From Promethearchaeota archaeon (lineage in GTDB: Archaea; Asgardarchaeota; Lokiarchaeia; Sigyniarchaeales; SOKP01), in contig JBHLMQ010000004.1 in assembly GCA_048938005.1 (NCBI GenBank), forward strand, positions 98,796-162,795: a DNA stretch of 64,000 bases, read 5' to 3'. The notes beneath the pieces were generated by a model. It made no database searches. It saw only the letters and a program-made list of their open reading frames with translations, and was not told the origin of the DNA. The position numbers and the translations under genes are program-made. Of this stretch, positions 1 to 9,088 are shown one piece after another (within the stretch, counting starts at the first letter, position 1; each line of letters begins with the position of its first letter).

Positions 1-249
1 TTGGTGCCCCAAAGAATACCCAAAACGAAGGTAAGTACTTCCCGTTCCAATAGCAGAGATTTCAAAATCATAAGTATCCTTAATTTCGTTTATTTCCTTT
101 GTATTAACTTTTTCAGGTTCAATAAGAGATAATTCTATTCCATCATATTTTAAAGGTTTTAAAAAATCACATAATCCTGCGAAATTCTTTAATATCTCGT
201 TTTGATTACTTTTCGTTTCACTTAATCCGGAAACAATACTTAGCTTCAT
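1..249 (-). CDS. Sugar phosphate isomerase/epimerase (TIM barrel, IolO-like), truncated at window edge
   Basis: Manual translation MKLSIVSGLSE...LKYDGIELSLIEPEK...FEISAIGTGSTY; YDGIEL and SAIGTG motifs typical of the xylose-isomerase-like/IolO family; not in ORF track. Confidence 0.7.
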   Translation of the reverse strand, partial: MKLSIVSGLSETKSNQNEILKNFAGLCDFLKPLKYDGIELSLIEPEKVNTKEINEIKDTYDFEISAIGTGSTYLRFGYSLGHQ

Positions 250-382
250 AATGGATTAATCAAATTTTCATAAAAATATGATTAGGATAGTTCTTTATTA
301 ATATAATAATATAGATCTATCATATTTTAAAATAGTAAAAAAAGTGAGATGAATTATCTTTAAAATAAGTTAAATAAATAAG

Positions 383-1213
383 GTGATCTTAAAAATGAAG
401 AGTCAAATCATGACAAAATCTATTATGTCGTCTTTTTTCTTTGAAGATCCTAAAGTTAACGTCGTTGAAAGGGAAATAGAAAGAGTAAAAGTTAAATACT
501 ACTATTTCGAGTCAGAACTAAAATTAAAAACAGAAAAAAACCAAGTTCTCAATGGGAGTTTACTATCGGGAAATGGAATTTTGTTTTATGAAGGGAATGA
601 ATTTGAATTAAATCAATTTGACATTTTCTTAATTCCTCCCGCAAAAAAATTCATTATTAAAGGGAAAAAAAATTCAAAATATAAAATTGTATTAATTTCA
701 AGCCCTATAAAGAAGAAAGTGGATGCAAATTTTGATATTCAACAGTATAACTTGAATATGTTCGTAACTCGAGGTGAGCCTAGTTCAAGTGAAAAAATGT
801 CAACGTATAGAAGTGTATGGACAGCCTTTAAAAATGGTTTCTTTATGTCCGGTATAACTAATATTCCTAATGAATCTCTGAAAACAGGAGTGCTCACAAG
901 TGTCAATTTAGAAAAGAATAAAGAGAAAGGAAGCATTGAAATTTACTCTCATGTTCATCCGGAGTTTCCTGAATTGTATATTTTTCTTATTGATGATGAA
1001 AATTATGCTATTACACAATACTTAATCAATTCTAAAGCTCAATCTGTTTGTAAAGATCTCTCAAATGGAGGAGGATTATTTTTTCCTGGGCATTTAGGTC
1101 ATATTAATTTTGCGAAACCTTATTATAAAGATTTAAATTATTGTTCTTATATTTGGTTCATTCCAACTTTTGGTAAAAATCAAAAAATAGAACCAATTAC
1201 TTTAAGAGTTTAA
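383..1213 (+). CDS. Cupin-fold IolB/KduI-like isomerase
   Basis: Bicupin character, HVHPEFPELY metal motif plus later GH; lies between IolO-like and IolN-like genes. Confidence 0.5.
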   Translation: MILKMKSQIMTKSIMSSFFFEDPKVNVVEREIERVKVKYYYFESELKLKTEKNQVLNGSLLSGNGILFYEGNEFELNQFDIFLIPPAKKFIIKGKKNSKYKIVLISSPIKKKVDANFDIQQYNLNMFVTRGEPSSSEKMSTYRSVWTAFKNGFFMSGITNIPNESLKTGVLTSVNLEKNKEKGSIEIYSHVHPEFPELYIFLIDDENYAITQYLINSKAQSVCKDLSNGGGLFFPGHLGHINFAKPYYKDLNYCSYIWFIPTFGKNQKIEPITLRV

Positions 1214-1260
1214 ACTAATGGATCATTTTAATATATGTAAATAATTTTATGTGAAGTATT

Positions 1261-2232
1261 ATGAGTAAATGGGAATTACCTCCAAAAGAATTTGGTCATA
1301 TGGATAAACCAAGTGGTATTTATCTTCAAACAATGTCCATTCTTGAAATAAATGAACGGTTAAAAAAGAATGATGTTATTATCATTCCCTGTGGTTCTAC
1401 TGAAAATCACGGACCAGCAGCTTGTATTGGAGAAGATACTTTTTTAGTAACCCGAATGGCAGAATTAATAGCGCAGAAAACTGGATGCACTGTTGCTCAA
1501 CCAATTTGGTATGGTTCACATCCCTATCACCATGTAGGAATGCCAGGAACTATCATTGTCCCCGAAGAAACTTTTAAATCTCTATTAAGATCAGTAATGG
1601 CAGGATGCTGGAATATGGGTTTTAGGAAGATGATATTATTAAACGGACATGGTCAAGAATATGTTATTCCAAGCGCAATCCATGAATTTGCGAAAAACTA
1701 TCAATTACCTATGCTAGTATGTAATGTTAATTGGTACCATGCAATTCCTCAACATTGCATGGATCAAGAACATGGTGGTCCATTTGAAACGCCCTTTATT
1801 CATGCAGATGAAGCTGAAACCTCTTTCTCAATGAATTTATTTCCTGAAATGGTGAAAAAAATAGATTCATGTGAGGATAATGTCCCTGTAGGGTGGATGC
1901 CAGAGGGACATGTTGATAAAGCTGGAAATATATATCAAAAACCAATTAAATGGTATGGACAAGTAGGATTTGGTCCTATCGAAGTATCTGCTTATCCAGA
2001 AGGTCATGTTGGGTGTCCTAGCAAAGCAACTTTTGAAAAAGGAAAACCTGGTATGGAAGCATTATTAGATTACTTAGAAAAACTTGTTAATGATATATTG
2101 AAAACATTTCCCCCAGGAAAGCTTCCTCCAACAGAGGGAATTACTCAACGAGATCCAAAAGAAATCGAACCTTATATTAAAGGTCCTTTAAATGGAGGGA
2201 AGAGTATCTATGAATTGAGATATCCTCCTTAA
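1261..2232 (+). CDS. Creatininase-family amidohydrolase, 3-dehydro-scyllo-inosose hydrolase (IolN)-like
   Basis: PCGSTENHG, ED, NGHG and HADEAETS motifs of the creatininase family; long C-terminus and neighbourhood fit IolN. Confidence 0.8.
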   Translation: MSKWELPPKEFGHMDKPSGIYLQTMSILEINERLKKNDVIIIPCGSTENHGPAACIGEDTFLVTRMAELIAQKTGCTVAQPIWYGSHPYHHVGMPGTIIVPEETFKSLLRSVMAGCWNMGFRKMILLNGHGQEYVIPSAIHEFAKNYQLPMLVCNVNWYHAIPQHCMDQEHGGPFETPFIHADEAETSFSMNLFPEMVKKIDSCEDNVPVGWMPEGHVDKAGNIYQKPIKWYGQVGFGPIEVSAYPEGHVGCPSKATFEKGKPGMEALLDYLEKLVNDILKTFPPGKLPPTEGITQRDPKEIEPYIKGPLNGGKSIYELRYPP

Positions 2233-2292
2233 ATTCTTAATACCTTTTTTTACTTTTTATAGATAAAATTTAAAAAAAATAATAGATATTGC

Positions 2293-2787
2293 TTATATTT
2301 GAGCACCACAATATGCACAATATTGTGCTGCTTCTTTTGTTATAGGCGTTCCACAATTAGAACAATATTTTGCTCGTTCTTCTGAAACTACTTCTTTTTG
2401 TTGTATCGATAAATGTTTAATCTGTCCTGTAGTTGTATTAAATTTACCTCGTAATTGACCAGAGGCTTTTAAGTCTAAAATTATAGCATTAATATCCTTT
2501 CGTGAAATTCCTGTACTTCTACTGACGTCATCTACAGTACACTCTGGATTTTCTTGAAATTCTGCTAAAACAACATTTCTTAGTTTACTTCTATTAGTTA
2601 ATGCAAATATTTGACTAACTAAAATCGCAATCCCTATTCCAGTTGATATAAATCCCCACCATGACCATGCATCCCAAGGGATAAATGATTGAATCCCCCA
2701 ATAAAGAAAAGCACCAGCGATTATTAGCGCACAAATAGAGAAACCTTCAGAATATTGATTTCTTTCATATTTCATATTAAATCCCAA
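2293..2787 (-). CDS. Membrane protein with 2 TM helices, PCI-like winged helix and C-terminal zinc ribbon
   Basis: Two hydrophobic segments; VDDVSRSTGISRKDINAIILDLKASGQLRGKFN; CSNCG...CAYCG. Confidence 0.65.
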   Translation of the reverse strand: MGFNMKYERNQYSEGFSICALIIAGAFLYWGIQSFIPWDAWSWWGFISTGIGIAILVSQIFALTNRSKLRNVVLAEFQENPECTVDDVSRSTGISRKDINAIILDLKASGQLRGKFNTTTGQIKHLSIQQKEVVSEERAKYCSNCGTPITKEAAQYCAYCGAQI

Positions 2788-2930
2788 AAATTATTGACAC
2801 ATATTTTAGATAGTTTTAACTAAATATTTGTTAAGATATTTATTAAAAGCATATATTTCATATAGATGCTTATAATTTATATAAAATGCTCTTTTGAAAT
2901 ATAATAAAAAAAAGTACCAACCAAAATTAT

Positions 2931-3287
2931 TCAATTTGTTATTATACATTTATTTATTATTTTAAAAATTTGAGAGAAATCGAGTTGGTCCTCTGTTAAA
3001 GTTATAATAATGTTACCCAAAATTTTAACTGAAAGTATAAAAAAGTTATCTGAATGGATTACATTAAAATCTGGGCTATGAATTCCAATTTCTGAGGCAA
3101 TTTCTTCAGCTAACTCGTATAATTGGGACATATTTAATCCTATTGATGTTTTGTTGAACTCTTGATTAATATAAGATTTAATCACAGCCCCATTTTCAGA
3201 AGTAATTAAAATAAAATATAACCCAGACTCTCCGAATTCCTTAATTAAGCTATCAAGTACTAAATCTGGGGATAAAATAACACTCAT
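2931..3287 (-). CDS. Roadblock/longin-like small protein
   Basis: 118 aa, pattern helix-FILITSENGAVI-helix-beta strands as in Roadblock/LC7/profilin-like folds. Confidence 0.55.
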   Translation of the reverse strand: MSVILSPDLVLDSLIKEFGESGLYFILITSENGAVIKSYINQEFNKTSIGLNMSQLYELAEEIASEIGIHSPDFNVIHSDNFFILSVKILGNIIITLTEDQLDFSQIFKIINKCIITN

Positions 3288-3465
3288 TATGATATAATTT
3301 ATTGGTTTTTTAATATATAATTTTGGGTAAAAACTGAATTCTTAACTTGAAAGTTCGATTCTTCAAAAATTAATGTTCATCATACTAGGTCTTATAAGTT
3401 TTTTTAATTTTGATATAGAAAATTAAAAAAAGTAAAAATTCTCTCGTTTTTAAATAAAATAGGGA

Positions 3466-3540
3466 TGGGCCTGGGAGGATTCGAACCCCCGACATCCCAG
3501 TCCGAAGCCGGGCACCCTATCCAGACTAGATTACAGGCCC
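3466..3540 (-). tRNA. tRNA-Arg(TCG)
   Basis: Reverse complement folds as GGGCCTG acceptor stem, CCCGG-CT-TCG-GA-CTGGG anticodon arm, GGGGG-TTCGAAT-CCTCC T arm; CCA not encoded. Confidence 0.95.
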
Positions 3541-3679
3541 TAAAATTAAATTCTAAAAATTTGTAGATCATATTATTTTCATTCATTATTTCTAAAAAAT
3601 CTTATTGTATTATGAATAGCGGACTTATTTATGATTTCTTGAATATAATGAAGAAAAAATGGGAAAAATCTTAAATAGT

Positions 3680-4108
3680 CTATTTTTTAAAACCGTTATC
3701 TAAATATTTTAAAAACATACGAAATAGTTTTGTGAATCTTAGACCTTGGGAGAGATCTCCATCAACTTTTATTTTGCCTTTCATAAAAGCATCAGTTCCG
3801 GACATCTCACGCTTAAGAATTTTTACTAATATATTATTTGGATACTTAACTCTAAACGATGCGCTTCTGTTAATTCCTTTTTTGTATAAAATTGTCCCAT
3901 TATTTACTTTAAGCCAAAAATTAAAATTAATATCTTTAAGGATGATTTGATATATATCATCATAATCTATTATTTCTTCTCGTAATTCTTCAGTATTACT
4001 GATAATGATAACTGCAAATTTAATGACTTTATCTAAAGTATCAATAAATTCACCCTCTTTGTTTTCTAATTCATGAATGACCGAACTGAAAGGCTTTGAA
4101 TTAAGCAT
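3680..4108 (-). CDS. SCP2 sterol/lipid-binding domain protein
   Basis: SGTDAFMKGKIKVDGDL SCP2 signature. Confidence 0.85.
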   Translation of the reverse strand: MLNSKPFSSVIHELENKEGEFIDTLDKVIKFAVIIISNTEELREEIIDYDDIYQIILKDINFNFWLKVNNGTILYKKGINRSASFRVKYPNNILVKILKREMSGTDAFMKGKIKVDGDLSQGLRFTKLFRMFLKYLDNGFKK

Positions 4109-4283
4109 AGCAATATACTTGTTAATAATTCAAATATAATATATTATATACCTAAATATTCCTTATAATCTACATTGTCTTTAATCAATATAAATCTTTC
4201 TAATAGATGCAATAGCAAGCTATTCAAAATAAAATTTTTAAATTCTCATTTATTCCTTTGCTTATATAAATAGTTTTTTTAAA

Positions 4284-4391
4284 GCCCACATAGTGTAGTC
4301 CGGTCTAGCATTCGGGACTGTCACTCCTGTCCGATATCAGAACCTCCGAACGGGGAGACCGACGCGGGTTCAAATCCCGCTGTGGGCGCCA
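4284..4391 (+). tRNA. tRNA-Asp(GTC) with 30-nt non-canonical intron (4330-4359), CCA encoded
   Basis: GCCCACA/TGTGGGC acceptor, CGGGA-CT-GTC-AC-TCCTG anticodon arm, GCGGG-TTCAAAT-CCCGC T arm, G discriminator plus CCA; extra 30 nt after the anticodon stem. Confidence 0.93.
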
Positions 4392-4538
4392 TTCTAACTT
4401 TAACTAACTTAAATATTAAAGTATTTACTTTTTTATAAAATTTGAAAATAAGATAACTAAATGTAAAAAATTAAAAGTTATAAAAAAAAAGAGATGTTTA
4501 AATGAAATATACTAAATAGAGAGGTTAAATTAATTTTA

Positions 4539-4985
4539 TTATAAATCTTCTACAAGATCTTCATAAGCTTCTAAAGCTAATTCTATAATCTCCTGGAAAG
4601 CCATAGCATCTTGGAGGTTGCCCTCAACAGTGATATCTCCTGCCATATATGCAGAAGTTGCATCTACCTCCCCTAATAGAATACCTGCACCGACTTCGAG
4701 CGTCGAGGACATAGTGAATGAAGGATTATCAACATCTCCTTCTCCATAATCAAGAACTCCATCTTTAACGGTCATCCAAGTTTTCTTATCTGCGTCAGTG
4801 ACTATGAGCTGGATGGCTATATCCATATCTTCAAGTTCTTCTTTTAGATCTTCATTCTCAAGAGAAATTTGTTTAATAAACTCATACATCTTCAAAAGAT
4901 TATCGGCGCTAGCTGAAGCAGCTCCTGCTTCTTGAATTGCTTTTAATTCCTTTAATAAGGATTCATCAACCATTTTAATTTTCAA
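4539..4985 (-). CDS. SCP2 sterol/lipid-binding domain protein (acidic)
   Basis: DATSAYMAGDITVEGNL signature. Confidence 0.88.
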   Translation of the reverse strand: MKIKMVDESLLKELKAIQEAGAASASADNLLKMYEFIKQISLENEDLKEELEDMDIAIQLIVTDADKKTWMTVKDGVLDYGEGDVDNPSFTMSSTLEVGAGILLGEVDATSAYMAGDITVEGNLQDAMAFQEIIELALEAYEDLVEDL

Positions 4986-5051
4986 CCTTCTTTTATAATT
5001 TTATTGCTAATTTTAAAAATTGTTTAAGAATATATAGAATAAAATAACATA

Positions 5052-5089
5052 TATAAAAAGGTTTTATTTCTATAAAAAGGTTTTATTTC
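5052..5089. repeat. Perfect 19-bp tandem duplication in divergent promoter region
   Basis: TATAAAAAGGTTTTATTTC twice (5052-5070, 5071-5089). Confidence 0.85.
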
Positions 5090-5292
5090 TTCTTTTTATT
5101 ATACAGAATACAATAAGCTTGAATACAAGAAAGAAATGAATTTAAAACCTAATATTGTGTTATACATGTATTATTAAACCTTAAAATCTCCTTTTAAAAA
5201 ATTAAATTAGTTAATGCAAAAAATTAAATCTTGGTATTCTTTTTAATTTCTAAAATTACTATAATAACAAAATTAGGAGTTTTACCAAAGGA

Positions 5293-5910
5293 ATGATTAT
5301 GGATAAATTATATATAGTAACCAGCAATTTGATTAATCAACAATTCTATAAAGCTGGGACTGACATAATCATTGGGCGAACACCTGAGGTTTCATTAAAG
5401 ATAAGGAAATCTGGACAAATAATAAAAAAATTTAAAGATTTATTTAATCAAAATCTGCAATTATTCTTAGATGGCAAATATCTTAAATTTCTTAACCTGT
5501 TTAAGAAAATAAAAGGGATGGATGAAAATTATATAAGAGAAATTTATCAAGACCTCCAGCTTAAGTTTGAAACTTTAGGAGATGCTGAAAACATTAATAC
5601 TGTAATTATATACTCACTTGTTTTAAATTCTCTAATTTCAAGCATCCGAGATATTAATTTTGGAGAATCCATCAAACAGATAAAGCAGCGCATAAAAAAT
5701 AAGTCAAGAATTAGTGACAACAAGATTCAAGAGGAATTAGACAAACTTTTCATGAAAAATGATGACAATGTTTCAATATTATATAATATTTCTTACCTCG
5801 ACACCTTAGCGGAATCGTTTAATTATAAAAAGGTTGCTCACATTTGTAAGATTCAGAAAAGTAAATACATAAACAAAATTGTAAATTTGATCCTATCTTC
5901 AAGTAAATAG
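5293..5910 (+). CDS. Hypothetical helical protein
   Basis: 205-aa ORF with typical composition; no motif recognised. Confidence 0.6.
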   Translation: MIMDKLYIVTSNLINQQFYKAGTDIIIGRTPEVSLKIRKSGQIIKKFKDLFNQNLQLFLDGKYLKFLNLFKKIKGMDENYIREIYQDLQLKFETLGDAENINTVIIYSLVLNSLISSIRDINFGESIKQIKQRIKNKSRISDNKIQEELDKLFMKNDDNVSILYNISYLDTLAESFNYKKVAHICKIQKSKYINKIVNLILSSSK

Positions 5911-5941
5911 TAAAAAGTTTTTAACCTAAATTTTTTTAACT

Positions 5942-6697
5942 TCATACTAAATTTTCAACTAAAATATCAGCAAGATTTATTAAGACTAAATTTCTTAATT
6001 CTTGGTCATACAATCTTACTCTATCTGATAACTCAATTTGCATCGCTTGACTTTTAGATTTGAGATGAGAGGCACCATATCGCCGTGTTATATAACCTCC
6101 AGTTAAAACATATTCTTTTCTTCTGGGATGCCCAGGAGCAATTGATATACCTAAATTAAGAAGTTTTTGAATTATTTTTCCACGAATGTTTTTTTCCCAA
6201 TCTTTTTTTGGAACTGGTTTAGGAAAAATTGAATTTAAGTTGTCCGTACCCAAAATCAATTCGACATCTCGAAAACCCGGAGGACGATCATCCTTTTCAA
6301 ACCCATGTATATCAATAAGGAGCGAACAATCAAAATTCTCCAAATTATAATTTATTAATTTTTGAATTGTATTATGGTAAAAATGATAGATTTCTCTGGC
6401 AATATCTGAAGCTTTATAATATGCTTCATTTTCATCTCTATTCAAGTCAACTTTACTACGACGAATCTTTGAAAAAATATAAGAAGGAGATTTTAATTTT
6501 GATTTTTTTTTTTTAAATTTCATTATTATAAGTTCAATTAAATTCTTTGCAAATTCTACCGTTCCTCTATCAATTCCTAAAACACCAGTAGATCTTTCTG
6601 GAATCATTTCACACTCTAATAGTCCGCCATGAGGTACAGAAACAATTAAAGGTAGAGTGCCTTTTTCGAATTCTAAATATTCTCTAAGTTCTAACAT
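5942..6697 (-). CDS. N-formylglutamate amidohydrolase family protein
   Basis: SVPHGG, D.NR, LLIDIHG and QIE motifs. Confidence 0.8.
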   Translation of the reverse strand: MLELREYLEFEKGTLPLIVSVPHGGLLECEMIPERSTGVLGIDRGTVEFAKNLIELIIMKFKKKKSKLKSPSYIFSKIRRSKVDLNRDENEAYYKASDIAREIYHFYHNTIQKLINYNLENFDCSLLIDIHGFEKDDRPPGFRDVELILGTDNLNSIFPKPVPKKDWEKNIRGKIIQKLLNLGISIAPGHPRRKEYVLTGGYITRRYGASHLKSKSQAMQIELSDRVRLYDQELRNLVLINLADILVENLV

Positions 6698-6819
6698 ACT
6701 TTTATTAAATTTACATTAAAGCAATTCAATTTTATCAATTTTAAAATAATAATAAAAAAATTAACATAACATTATATATTATCGGATAATTGATAATTAG
6801 ATAATCTCAGGTATTATTC

Positions 6820-8106
6820 TTGAAAGAAATTGCTTTTGTAATTTATTATCATAAACATAACTTCTATAGTCTAAATGCTATAGTAGGTGCACTTGAAACA
6901 GATAAAATATTTGAAAGTATTGATTTTCATTTTTTTAGACTTAAGAAGGAACTTGTAAAGAATCTTGAATATATTACCCAAAATTATAATAAGATAATTG
7001 TTGGCATATCCTTTTTCACAACACAACTTTTTGAAACGTATGATTTAATAAAGACAGTGAGATCTAAATATGGTAAAAAATGCTTGTATATTGCTGGAGG
7101 ATCTCATCCAACAGGAGATCCGTATGGTACTCTTAGAATGGGTTTTGATATAGTTATGATCGGTGAAGGGGAAGAAACAATAATAGAACTCATGCAAAAA
7201 CTCAAGGCTAATGAAAATCTTAGCAGTATAAAAGGTATTGCATCTATAAATCAAGATGAAGAATATATTTTCACAGGAAAACGAAATTTAATTAATTTGG
7301 ATAAATTCCCACCATTCCCTATAAAAAATACTAGATTTGGAGCAATTGAAATAACACGTGGTTGTCCATATGTATGCTACTTTTGTCAGACACCCTATAT
7401 TTTAGGTACGAGACCTAGGCATAGGAATGTTGATGTTATATGTAAGTATGTTGAAGAATTGAAAAATTATTATGGAGATTTCACAGATATCAGATTTATA
7501 ACTCCAAACGCTTTTTCATATGGTTCAGAAGATGGAAAAAACTTGAATTTAGAAAAGCTTGAAAATTTACTTTCCAATATTAGAGAAATTATCGGTCAAA
7601 AAGGACGTATTTTCTTAGGAACTTTTCCATCAGAAGTACGTCCAGAGCATGTTAATAATGATACCTTAGAATTAGTTTTAAAATATGCTGATAATAACAA
7701 TATCACTATTGGAGCACAATCAGGGAGCCAAAGAATTTTGGATTTATGTCATAGAGGACATACTATTGCTGATATAAATAAAGCAGTTGATTTAGCATTT
7801 AAGAGAGACCTTAAAGCTAATGTTGATTTTATTTTTGGATTACCTGGAGAAAGAAATGAAGATGTAAAACTTACAATTAATATGATGAGAGAATTGTCTA
7901 ATAAGGGTGCAAGGATACATGCTCACTCATTTATTCCTTTACCTCAAACCCCTTTTGCAAATGAATCAGTAAAAAGAATAGATGAACTTTATAATAAAGA
8001 AATTAAAAAATTAATCTCAAAAGGATTTGCATTTGGAGATTGGAAGAAACAAGAAAGAATAGCAATAAAAATTTCTAACTATATGAAAAAAATTAAATCA
8101 AGATAA
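6820..8106 (+). CDS. B12-binding domain radical SAM protein
   Basis: AGGSHPT, GEGE and RGCPYVCYFC (CxxxCxxC) motifs. Confidence 0.9.
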   Translation: MKEIAFVIYYHKHNFYSLNAIVGALETDKIFESIDFHFFRLKKELVKNLEYITQNYNKIIVGISFFTTQLFETYDLIKTVRSKYGKKCLYIAGGSHPTGDPYGTLRMGFDIVMIGEGEETIIELMQKLKANENLSSIKGIASINQDEEYIFTGKRNLINLDKFPPFPIKNTRFGAIEITRGCPYVCYFCQTPYILGTRPRHRNVDVICKYVEELKNYYGDFTDIRFITPNAFSYGSEDGKNLNLEKLENLLSNIREIIGQKGRIFLGTFPSEVRPEHVNNDTLELVLKYADNNNITIGAQSGSQRILDLCHRGHTIADINKAVDLAFKRDLKANVDFIFGLPGERNEDVKLTINMMRELSNKGARIHAHSFIPLPQTPFANESVKRIDELYNKEIKKLISKGFAFGDWKKQERIAIKISNYMKKIKSR

Positions 8107-8112
8107 AAATGT

Positions 8113-8994
8113 CTATTTAGCAAGTTTCACAGAGTCTTCCTTTATTTCAATAAAACCTTCCTTTTGTAGTTGATAAAGAATATTTTTTATTCGCATGTGG
8201 TCATTAACTTTAAAATGTTTTTGGATTTTCGATAACTCTATCGTTCCATTTTTAATTAGGATCTCAAGAAGCTCTCCTCTAATTTGTCTTGATGATCCTT
8301 CAAAAATCGGTTGTTTTCGATAATGAGCACTTCTTTTTCTTAATTCTGGATGAATTTTTTTAAGCATTACACCATAATCCATTAGTGCGTAATACCATTT
8401 TCGAGGATCGTTTATATCAACAGTTTTTTTTACAATTGATATAATTTCTTTATCATTAACCTTGCTCTTATTATTAAAAAAGAAGTAAATATATACTCTT
8501 CTTACATTTGTCTCAATAAAAACCATAGGTTTATTAAAAGCAAATGTTAAAATTGAAGAGGCTGTATTATGACCAATTTGTGGAAATAACTTTAATTCTT
8601 CAATAGATTCTGGTAATTTGCCGTTATAGTCATTAATTACAATTTCTGCTATTTTTTTTAACGCTATTGCCCTTCTATTGTATCCTAATCCTTTCCATTC
8701 CTTAAGAATTTGTTCAAGCGAAGCTTTAGATAATGATCGAAAATCAGGAAATTTTTTTATAAATTTCAAAAACTTTTCCGAAACTCTACTCGTTTGAGTT
8801 TGTTGGAGCATAATTTCTGATACAAGAACATTATAGGGTGTAATATTTTCTCTAAAAGGAAATTTTCTTTTATGATTTTTATAATATTCATAAATTATTT
8901 TCTGAAATAATTTGATTACTTCAGGTATTAAACCTTTTTCTTTCAGAACTTTATGAAAATCAGTTATAAATAATTCTTCACTAATTTTGAACAC
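8113..8994 (-). CDS. mutY: A/G-specific adenine glycosylase (MutY-like, short form)
   Basis: LVSEIMLQQT, WKGLGYNRRA, HhH motif, ALMDYG; the usual Fe-S cysteine cluster is absent. Confidence 0.85.
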   Translation of the reverse strand: MFKISEELFITDFHKVLKEKGLIPEVIKLFQKIIYEYYKNHKRKFPFRENITPYNVLVSEIMLQQTQTSRVSEKFLKFIKKFPDFRSLSKASLEQILKEWKGLGYNRRAIALKKIAEIVINDYNGKLPESIEELKLFPQIGHNTASSILTFAFNKPMVFIETNVRRVYIYFFFNNKSKVNDKEIISIVKKTVDINDPRKWYYALMDYGVMLKKIHPELRKRSAHYRKQPIFEGSSRQIRGELLEILIKNGTIELSKIQKHFKVNDHMRIKNILYQLQKEGFIEIKEDSVKLAK

Positions 8995-9088
8995 ATAAAA
9001 TGTATAATTACTAAGTAAGTAAGAATAAAAAGACTATAAAATTGAATTTATGGTTTTTATAATATAATTTTTGCTTACTCTTTTATTA

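Noticed and set aside
3404-3586. 60-aa ORF in the track
   Set aside because: Overlaps tRNA-Arg on the same strand; spurious translation.
3466-4391. tRNA-anchored integrated element
   Set aside because: No integrase, transposase or duplicated tRNA 3' end was seen in the window.
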